A stretch of 24,000 nucleotides of DNA from Rickettsiales bacterium (GTDB lineage: Bacteria; Pseudomonadota; Alphaproteobacteria; Rickettsiales; Rickettsiaceae): NCBI GenBank assembly GCA_017302595.1, contig JAFLDA010000001.1, forward strand, positions 694,817 to 718,816, read 5' to 3'. Below are positions 17,471 through 24,000 of this stretch, one piece after another (the first letter of the stretch is position 1; each line of letters opens with the position of its first letter). Position numbers and translations under genes: made by a program. The notes below the pieces were generated by a model. It saw nothing but the letters and a program-made list of their open reading frames with translations. It was not told where the DNA came from and ran no database searches.

Positions 17471-19970
17471 GGAATTCCCTAGCAAATATAAGTTTAGTGA
17501 CAGCGAGAAAAAATGGCAAGAATTTTGGCAAAAAGAGTCCATTTACAAATGGAATGAAGATGAAGCAAGAAGCAATACTTTTGTTGTAGACACCCCTCCG
17601 CCGACTGTATCTGGTCAGTTACATATAGGGCACGTATATAGTTATACACATACGGATTTTATAGTGCGCTACAAACGCATGAAAGGAATGAATATTTTCT
17701 ATCCAATGGGGTTTGATGATAATGGCTTGCCAACTGAAAGATTAATCGAAAAGAAAAAGAATATTAAAGCCAGGCAATTAAAGCGTGAAGAATTTGTAGA
17801 AATCTGCAAAGAGGTAGTAAAAGAAGAAGAAAACAGGTTTCGTAATTTATTCAACAGGATAGCATTATCAGTCGATTGGAATATTGAGTATCAAACAATT
17901 AGCAATACTTCTATTACCATTTCTCAAATGTCATTTTTGGATTTAGTAAATAAAGGCGAAATCTATCGTGACTCTCAACCTATGCTTTGGGACCCGGTAG
18001 ATCAAACAGCACTTGCTCAAGCTGATATAGAAGATCAGGAAAAAACAACTGTGATGAATGACGTAAAATTCACAGATGAATCTGGTAACCCCTTGGTTAT
18101 AGCAACTACTAGACCAGAATTATTAGCTGCATGTGTTGCGTTATTTTATCATCCTGATGATACAAGATACAAGCACCTTGCCGGCAAAAATGCTATATCG
18201 CCTCTATTTGGAGTACGAGTTCCAATTCTTGCCGACGAACTAGTGAGCATCGAGAAAGGAACTGGTCTTGTAATGTGCTGTACTTTTGGCGATCAAACTG
18301 ATGTTTTATGGTGGAGAAAACATAAATTGCCAACAAAGATCATTATAAGCAAATGGGGTACTATAACAAACCTTGAGTTTGATGATAATTGTAATAATAA
18401 AGAGCTTGCTAATAAGTATGCATCGCAAATACTGGAACTGAAAGTTATAGAAGCAAGAGCAAAAATTATTGAGATTCTACGTAATGAGGAATTGCTACTT
18501 GCTCAAACTGAAAAATTACAAAGCGTGCGATGCGCTGAAAGATCTGGAGCACCACTGGAAATTCTAACTACTCCTCAATGGTTTATAAAGTCAGTTGTTC
18601 ATAAAAATGAAATGCTAGAGAAGTCGCAACAATTGAATTGGCACCCACAATCGATGAAGATCAAATTAGACACGTGGATTAACGGAGTATCTATGGATTG
18701 GTGCATCTCAAGACAAAGATATTTCGGTGTGCCATTTCCTGCCTGGTATTCAAAGCGCGCGGGTGAAGAAGGCAAAGTTATTTTTGCAAAACCAGAACAA
18801 TTACCAGTTGATCCTTTAAAAGACCTACCTGAAGGGTACTTACGTGATGAAGTAGAGCCTGATTATGATGTAATGGATACATGGTCTACTAGCTCGGTGT
18901 CTCCACAATTAAATTCTCATGGAATAGCAAGTGGTTTCATGATCAATGAAAAAAGACATAAATGTTTGTTTCCAGCTGATTTAAGACCTCAAGCACATGA
19001 AATACTTAGAACTTGGGCATACTATACCATACTCAAAAGTCACTTACATGAAAACAGTCTACCATGGACTAATATCATGATCAGCGGTTGGTGTTTAGCC
19101 GAAGATCGAAGCAAAATGTCAAAATCAAAAGGTAATGTACTAGTACCAGATACGTTACTTGCGCAATTTGGAACAGACGTTGTAAGATACTGGGCAGCAA
19201 ATTCCAAACTTGGGGCTGATACTGCTTACTCTGAAGATGTAATGAATAATGGCAAACGCTTGATTAATAAACTTTGGAATGCAGCAAAATTTGCATCACA
19301 GCATTTTGACAAATTATCTGAGAGTGAAAAGAACCTAAAACCAAGCGAGATACTAGATATTGCACATTCTGATTTTGATAAATATTTTTTAAATCAGTTA
19401 TTTAATTTAGTAAATCAATGCACGGCTGAATTTGATAAATATGAATACGCAAATGCTATGGATTTAGTAGAAAAATTCTTTTGGTCTGAGTTTTGTGATA
19501 ATTACTTAGAGATTACTAAAACCAGAGCTTATGACGAAGAAGAAAAAGATCCAAATGGGGCAAGGAGTGCTAGGATTACGCTTTATTATAGCTTAAAAAT
19601 TTTGTTAAAACTTTTTGCGCCATTTATTCCTCATATTACTGAAGAAATATACCAAATTCTATATAGTAATGAGTCTATCCACCGAAGAAATAGCTGGCCT
19701 GAGGTTACTTTAGATATGCAAGAAGATCATACTGAGGCTATGCAATTAGTAGACATTCTAGAACTTGTAAGAAGAATTAAAGCTAAAGATAATTTATCTA
19801 TTAAAGCACCAGTGAGTTGTATTGAGGTAAAAGGCAGGAAAATGTCAGATAGTTTAGTATCTGATTTACTCAATGTAACTTCAACTGCTGAAATTAAGTT
19901 CGTTGAAAACTTGTCTAATACTGACCAAGAACTATTAACTGACGGAGTATCAATAAATGTCATTTATTGA
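17469..19970 (+). CDS. valS: Valyl-tRNA synthetase, archaeal-type as in Rickettsia
   Basis: The ORF is 833 aa. The HIGH region is [26 protein letters not shown], followed by [12 protein letters not shown] and KMSKSKGN. It has no long C-terminal coiled coil of the kind seen in typical bacterial ValRS. Confidence 0.9.
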   Translation: MEFPSKYKFSDSEKKWQEFWQKESIYKWNEDEARSNTFVVDTPPPTVSGQLHIGHVYSYTHTDFIVRYKRMKGMNIFYPMGFDDNGLPTERLIEKKKNIKARQLKREEFVEICKEVVKEEENRFRNLFNRIALSVDWNIEYQTISNTSITISQMSFLDLVNKGEIYRDSQPMLWDPVDQTALAQADIEDQEKTTVMNDVKFTDESGNPLVIATTRPELLAACVALFYHPDDTRYKHLAGKNAISPLFGVRVPILADELVSIEKGTGLVMCCTFGDQTDVLWWRKHKLPTKIIISKWGTITNLEFDDNCNNKELANKYASQILELKVIEARAKIIEILRNEELLLAQTEKLQSVRCAERSGAPLEILTTPQWFIKSVVHKNEMLEKSQQLNWHPQSMKIKLDTWINGVSMDWCISRQRYFGVPFPAWYSKRAGEEGKVIFAKPEQLPVDPLKDLPEGYLRDEVEPDYDVMDTWSTSSVSPQLNSHGIASGFMINEKRHKCLFPADLRPQAHEILRTWAYYTILKSHLHENSLPWTNIMISGWCLAEDRSKMSKSKGNVLVPDTLLAQFGTDVVRYWAANSKLGADTAYSEDVMNNGKRLINKLWNAAKFASQHFDKLSESEKNLKPSEILDIAHSDFDKYFLNQLFNLVNQCTAEFDKYEYANAMDLVEKFFWSEFCDNYLEITKTRAYDEEEKDPNGARSARITLYYSLKILLKLFAPFIPHITEEIYQILYSNESIHRRNSWPEVTLDMQEDHTEAMQLVDILELVRRIKAKDNLSIKAPVSCIEVKGRKMSDSLVSDLLNVTSTAEIKFVENLSNTDQELLTDGVSINVIY

Positions 19971-20043
19971 TTTCTCTAGTATTTTGAGATGCAAAAGATA
20001 CTGAATCAATTCAGCCATTAGCATGTTTAGGACTACATTCATT

Positions 20044-20153
20044 GTCATTCCAAAAGCCCTCCAAGGTCATTCCAAACTTGATTTAGGGTCTACCTTGTGA
20101 ATCACTGTAACCTTTCAATGTACTAATGGATCCTGGGTCAAGTCCAGGATGAC
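20044..20153. repeat. RPE-like element: leader half-site plus a full two-arm copy with an expanded spacer
   Basis: The leader is GTCATTCCAAAAGCCCTCCAAG. The full copy is GTCATTCCAAACTTGATTTAGGGTCTACC...(31-nt spacer)...ATGGATCCTGGGTCAAGTCCAGGATGAC. A weaker fragment, CTGAATCAATTCAGCCATTA, lies at 20001..20020 just after the valS stop. Confidence 0.8.
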
Positions 20154-20176
20154 TATAAAATGACGCCCTGTCTTTA

Positions 20177-20205
20177 GTCATGCTGAACTTGATTCAGCAT
20201 CCATT
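20177..20205. repeat. RPE-like element, single-arm copy with a different stem sequence
   Basis: The sequence is GTCATGCTGAACTTGATTCAGCATCCATT. The stem is GCTGAA/TTCAGC instead of CCCAAA/TTTGGG, so both sides changed and pairing is kept. Confidence 0.75.
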
Positions 20206-20227
20206 ACCCAATACTCGACCCAAACTA

Positions 20228-20277
20228 CCATTCCAAAAAGTTCTCTAAAGTCATCCCAAACTTAATTCAGATCTACT
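20228..20277. repeat. RPE-like leader plus single-arm copy overlapping the 3' end of zapA
   Basis: The sequence is CCATTCCAAAAAGTTCTCTAAAGTCATCCCAAACTTAATTCAGATCTACT. It aligns along its length with 20044..20094. The last 16 nt (20262..20277) encode the final residues and the stop of zapA on the minus strand. Confidence 0.75.
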
Positions 20278-20579
20278 GTTAGCTTATCCTTAACTGATTG
20301 TAGTTGGTTATGTATAGAGGACAATTGTTTCTGAAAATCAGTATTAGCGGTTTGCAAAACATCCCCACCAACAATGTTCATTTGTGATTGCCTCTCATCA
20401 ACATGTTGCAACGCCATCATAATTAGCAATAACTCGAGTGAAGCATATTGATTTTTGACAGACATATCTTTAATTTCCACATCAAGCTTCTCAGCCAATG
20501 ACATTATCTTATCTTTACTTTCTTCAGAACAAGATAGTTTAAAATTCTTACCGTTTATTGTTATTGTGACTATCGACAT
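20262..20579 (-). CDS. zapA: Cell division protein ZapA
   Basis: The ZapA pattern is MSIVTITINGKNFKLSCSEESKDKIMSLAEKLDVEIKDM...ASLELLLIMMALQHVDE, about 105 aa. I prefer the start at the second Met (ATG 20579). The track ORF starts 10 codons earlier at 20609. Confidence 0.8.
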   Translation of the reverse strand: MSIVTITINGKNFKLSCSEESKDKIMSLAEKLDVEIKDMSVKNQYASLELLLIMMALQHVDERQSQMNIVGGDVLQTANTDFQKQLSSIHNQLQSVKDKLTVDLN

Positions 20580-20787
20580 AATGATTTCTAATTTGTTCCA
20601 GTTCGCCAATATACTCTTTTATCTGGCTTAAAGTATCGTGATTACTTTTCTTTAACTCAGTGTTTTCAGTTTCCAATTCTTTAATACGTTGTTGGCTAAC
20701 AGATAAAATTTTCATTAAAGAATCTACTTTATCACTTATTTCATTAATTTCTTCAGAAATATCCTTTCTTGTGATCACTTTTTCCAT
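20548..20787 (-). CDS. Small coiled-coil protein, ZauP-like (DUF4164-type ZapA-associated upstream protein)
   Basis: The ORF is 79 aa and heptad-rich: ...EEINEISDKVDSLMKILSVSQQRIKELETENTELKKSNHDTLSQIKEYIGELEQI. It sits immediately upstream of zapA and overlaps it, which is the arrangement described for ZauP and ZapA in Caulobacter. The family assignment rests on position and composition only. Confidence 0.55.
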   Translation of the reverse strand: MEKVITRKDISEEINEISDKVDSLMKILSVSQQRIKELETENTELKKSNHDTLSQIKEYIGELEQIRNHYVDSHNNNKR

Positions 20788-20797
20788 AATCTGCTCT

Positions 20798-21130
20798 TTA
20801 AGCTACTTGCATTAAATAATACGATACTAACACAGCAATCAACATGATAAATGAAAATATCAATACCACCCACTGAACTTTACTATTTTTATCAGTTAAT
20901 GAATCACGTTGTCTCACTAAGAGATCATCACCTAGATTATCGATAACCTGAATTCCAAGAAACTCACTATATAATTTTACGTATCCTTCAACATATATTT
21001 TTCCAGGAATCTGATCAAAATTTTCTTCTTCTATACCAATAATATATTGCTTTCTAATCTTTAAAATATCTGCTACTTGTTCAACTGTATATCCTGCATT
21101 TTCTCTTGCTTCTTTTAGCTTAGACGTCAT
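20798..21130 (-). CDS. RodZ-like HTH (XRE/HTH_25) protein with a single C-terminal TM helix and no periplasmic domain
   Basis: The ORF is 110 aa. Its N-terminus LKEARENAGYTVEQVADILKIRKQYIIGIEEENFDQIPGKIYVEGYVKLYSEFLGI parallels the E. coli RodZ N-terminal HTH (L-R-x-A-R-E-x-x-G-L-S...IE...G-Y-I-R-S-Y-A-x-L). The TM helix is VVLIFSFIMLIAVLVSYYL. Its ATG overlaps the GDH stop as ATGA. Confidence 0.65.
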   Translation of the reverse strand: MTSKLKEARENAGYTVEQVADILKIRKQYIIGIEEENFDQIPGKIYVEGYVKLYSEFLGIQVIDNLGDDLLVRQRDSLTDKNSKVQWVVLIFSFIMLIAVLVSYYLMQVA

Positions 21131-24000
21131 AAAACAGCCTCCACTTTTCTCAAAAATATCTCAAGCTTTTTATTAGCAAGTATTATCATATTCAGATTTA
21201 TTGCTTCTTGCATTTTCATCTGGTTTATAAAATCGATAAATATTCCAGCATGAGACATATTCATTTTAATCCAAGATTTTAAGCTAGCGTTTTTCTTATT
21301 ACTTAGCACAATCGCTGCTACTAGCCTACGCTGTTTATCATAAAGATCATCTTTTAATGATTGTATGGATAACCTATTCCAATACGATTCATTAATTTGC
21401 AATTCACACGAATCTCTAAGCCAATCTATACCAGCTAGATCACCACATTCAAAATATAAATTAGCTATAATCTCATTTGATACTTTGGTCTTTTTGGCGA
21501 TGTATATGATATCAAAAGCTGATACTAATACTTCTAATGTAGCTATAGCCTTAGCTAATTTTTTATCAATTGAAGCCGAAACATAGTGCTCAATTTTGTT
21601 ATAGTATCTTGTCTTATTTGTCCCAACTAAAAGTTTACTTATAATATCGGTAAGTAATTCTGTTTTCTTACGATATTCTTCTACGGTTTCAGTAATATGA
21701 ATTGGAGACTTGATATTTTTTACAAACCAACTTATCCCTCTTCGCATGATCTTTGCGAGATCAGAAAATATCTCAACCTTAATACTAGCTGGAACATTAA
21801 TTCCCAGCATACTAGTTTCTCTCCACAAGTTTGATAGGTCAAAAACTTCATTTACTACTTCGTATGCTCTTGCTATATCACTTGGCTCTGCACCGGTTTC
21901 AAGACTTATGCTACTCACTACTGGACCTGATAATTGATTGATCAGGCGATTAGTAATAATTGTCCTGATTATATCTTGACTCAGTGGATGCTCCTCTATT
22001 TCCTCTTTAAATTTTTCATGCATTAATTTAGGAAAATAATTCATCAAATGTTTCTTGAAGTGCCTATCTTTTGTCAGAGTACTATTGTTCAACAACTTAT
22101 CCAATGCCATTTTACTATAAGAAAGTAGCACCGCTAATTCAGGTCTTGTCATTTTCTGATTTGCAATTGTTCGTCTTGACAATTCGGCTTTGTCAGGCAG
22201 AAATTCAACTGCTCTATCTAAAAAGCCTAATGCTTCCAATCTACCTATCAAGTGGCTAAAAGATTCAATATTAAGCGTAGGAGAAAGACTTAGTATTGTG
22301 ATCGCCAAATTTTGGTCAAAATTATCCGCAAGTACTAGCTCTTCGACTTGTTTTGTCATTTTAGCTAATAAATCATTTCTTTCCTTGATAGTAATTTTAC
22401 CCTTAGCTACAGCCAAATTAAGAGCGATTTTTATATTCACCTCATGGTCAGAGCAATCAACCCCTGCTGAATTATCGATAAAATCTGTATTTATTATACC
22501 GCCATTTAAGGCGTACTCTACCCTACCAAGCTGAGATACGCCCAGGTTTCCACCTTCAGCGATTGATTTCGCTCCCACATCCTTGCCATTAATTCTCAAA
22601 CTATCATTGGCTTTATCACCAATATCAATATTATTCTCTAATGATGACTTGATATAAGTACCAATACCACCGTTCCAAATTAAATCCACTTTTGCTTTTA
22701 AAATGGCACTAATTAATTCATCTGGGACAATTTGATTAACACCCAAACCTAGCAAATTCTTAATTTCTTCTGATAAAGTAATGGTTTTTGCAGAACGCTC
22801 AAAAATCCCACCGCCTTTTGATATCAATTTAAGATCATAATCACTCCACCTGCTACGCGGTAATTCAAATAATCTCTTGCGCTCAGCAAAGCTTGATTCA
22901 CAATCTGGGCTGGGATCAATAAAAATATGCTGATGGTTAAATGCTGCAACCAATTTTATACATTTAGAAAGCAACATACCATTACCAAACACATCGCCAG
23001 ACATGTCTCCAATACCAACAACAGTAAATGGATCTTTTTGTACATCAATTCCTAAATTGTACAAATGTGATGCTACTGAAATCCATGCTCCTTTGGCAGT
23101 GATACCCATTTTTTTATGGTCATATCCCACAGATCCACCAGAAGCAAATGCATCATCTAACCAGAAATTATACTCTTTTGATACTTCATTTGCATGATCC
23201 GAGAAAGTTGCTGTTCCTTTATCTGCAGCAACAACCAAATATGGATTTTCATCATCATAAATTATTGTCTCTTCTGGTGTAACAACTTTCCCATCTACTA
23301 AATTATCTGTTAAATCTAGCAAACCTCGTAAAAAATCTTTATAACAAGAAATAACTTTGAGCATATATTCGTCTCTACTCATCGTTCCTTGTTCAAAGTT
23401 AACATAGAACGTTCCTTTGGACCCAACAGGAACAATTACTGTATTCTTTGTCATTTGAGCTTTAAGTAGGCCCAAAACTTCAGTACGGTAATCTTCGCCT
23501 CTATCTGACCAACGCAGGCCACCTCTTGCAACCTTACCACCTCTTAAGTGCACCCCTTCAAAATCATTCGAATAAACAAAAATTTCTGCATAAGGAATTG
23601 GTAATGGAAGATCAGGGACCTTAGAAGAATCAAACTTAAAAGAAATATAATTTTTGATATTTCCAGCTCTAGTCTTTTGATAAAAATTTGTCCTAACTAT
23701 TGCAAGTATTATTAACCTCATATTAGTTAGTACCTTATCCTCACTGCTGCTGTCTACTAAGTCGAGGTAACTCATCATTTCTGATATGATTTTTTCAACA
23801 TTCTGCGCAGAGCTCTTGGTCGCACAAAATCGTGCTTCAAAAAGTTCGATTAGTTTTTGAGTATATTGGTAGTGCTTAACTAGAATTTGCATTACATAAC
23901 CCTTACCGTAAATAAAACCAGTCTGATGTAAGTATCTTGCAATTGCTTTTAATAACTTTACCTTTCTCCAATCAAAACCAGCAAGCACAATCAACTTACC
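21127..24000 (-). CDS. gdh: NAD-specific glutamate dehydrogenase, large Bac_GDH (GdhZ/GdhB) type; C-terminal ~957 codons, with the 5' end beyond the right edge of the window
   Basis: The frame stays open to position 24000. The track Met at 23994 is really a TTG Leu codon inside the frame. The diagnostic catalytic core is HLRGGKVARGGLRWSDRGEDYRTEVLGLLKAQMTKNTVIVPVGSKGTFYV, followed by ...VVAADKGTATFSD...GYDHKKMGITAKGAW...GIGDMSGDVFGNGML... Confidence 0.9.
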   Translation of the reverse strand, partial: GKLIVLAGFDWRKVKLLKAIARYLHQTGFIYGKGYVMQILVKHYQYTQKLIELFEARFCATKSSAQNVEKIISEMMSYLDLVDSSSEDKVLTNMRLIILAIVRTNFYQKTRAGNIKNYISFKFDSSKVPDLPLPIPYAEIFVYSNDFEGVHLRGGKVARGGLRWSDRGEDYRTEVLGLLKAQMTKNTVIVPVGSKGTFYVNFEQGTMSRDEYMLKVISCYKDFLRGLLDLTDNLVDGKVVTPEETIIYDDENPYLVVAADKGTATFSDHANEVSKEYNFWLDDAFASGGSVGYDHKKMGITAKGAWISVASHLYNLGIDVQKDPFTVVGIGDMSGDVFGNGMLLSKCIKLVAAFNHQHIFIDPSPDCESSFAERKRLFELPRSRWSDYDLKLISKGGGIFERSAKTITLSEEIKNLLGLGVNQIVPDELISAILKAKVDLIWNGGIGTYIKSSLENNIDIGDKANDSLRINGKDVGAKSIAEGGNLGVSQLGRVEYALNGGIINTDFIDNSAGVDCSDHEVNIKIALNLAVAKGKITIKERNDLLAKMTKQVEELVLADNFDQNLAITILSLSPTLNIESFSHLIGRLEALGFLDRAVEFLPDKAELSRRTIANQKMTRPELAVLLSYSKMALDKLLNNSTLTKDRHFKKHLMNYFPKLMHEKFKEEIEEHPLSQDIIRTIITNRLINQLSGPVVSSISLETGAEPSDIARAYEVVNEVFDLSNLWRETSMLGINVPASIKVEIFSDLAKIMRRGISWFVKNIKSPIHITETVEEYRKKTELLTDIISKLLVGTNKTRYYNKIEHYVSASIDKKLAKAIATLEVLVSAFDIIYIAKKTKVSNEIIANLYFECGDLAGIDWLRDSCELQINESYWNRLSIQSLKDDLYDKQRRLVAAIVLSNKKNASLKSWIKMNMSHAGIFIDFINQMKMQEAINLNMIILANKKLEIFLRKVEAVL

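Noticed and set aside
17471-17542. The 24-codon N-terminal extension of ubiA ([24 protein letters not shown]).
   Set aside because: It would overlap 74 nt of valS on the opposite strand and has no counterpart in UbiA proteins as I know them. The downstream Met codons fit better.
20001-20277. The cluster of similar short palindromic units could be mistaken for a CRISPR array.
   Set aside because: The units are themselves inverted copies of each other, are irregularly spaced and have variable sequence. There are no uniform direct repeats with unique spacers and no cas genes. The same unit occurs singly elsewhere in the window.
20580-20609. The 10-codon N-terminal extension of zapA (MANWNKLEII).
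   Set aside because: ZapA proteins normally begin a few residues before the V-x-V/I-x-I-x-G-x-x-Y/F strand. The shorter start also halves the overlap with the upstream coiled-coil gene. The extension is not excluded, only less likely.

Overview
This AT-rich, very gene-dense window reads like core chromosome of an obligate intracellular alphaproteobacterium, most likely Rickettsiales or Rickettsiaceae-like. The taxon call is inference. It rests on an archaeal-type ValRS beginning ...[17 protein letters not shown], a ProP-like MFS transporter, a large Bac_GDH-type NAD-glutamate dehydrogenase, operons with 1-12 nt spacers or overlaps, and short RPE-like palindromic repeats in intergenic DNA.

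I support 23 protein-coding genes. On the minus strand these are proS (5' part), folE, an orphan heme-copper-oxidase subunit-I-like membrane protein, rnhB, rsmE, a second ABC exporter, a ProP-like MFS, gmk, a CinA/MoCF-domain protein, a BI-1/YccA protein, ubiA, zapA, a ZauP-like coiled-coil protein, a short RodZ-like protein and the C-terminal part of NAD-GDH. On the plus strand these are a 48-aa DUF1674/SDHAF4-like gene missing from the ORF track, a sensor-less hybrid histidine kinase, cyaY, an ABC exporter, a PCu(A)C copper chaperone, an RI-type LRR protein, an SDR and valS.

I found no rRNA, tRNA, CRISPR array, intact IS element or recognisable multi-gene defence or secretion system. The window is mostly housekeeping.

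The points worth a second look are:
- A eukaryote-like LRR protein ending in a CaaX box (CVII), a candidate host-prenylated effector.
- A family of nested-hairpin palindromic repeats with compensatory stem changes; one copy supplies the last codons and the stop of zapA.
- A tightly coupled gdhZ-type GDH / RodZ-like / ZauP-like / ZapA gene string.
- A COX1-like 12-TM protein that keeps 5 of the 6 canonical metal-ligand histidines but has no partner subunits nearby.
- An ~800 bp ORF-free stretch that looks like a decayed gene.
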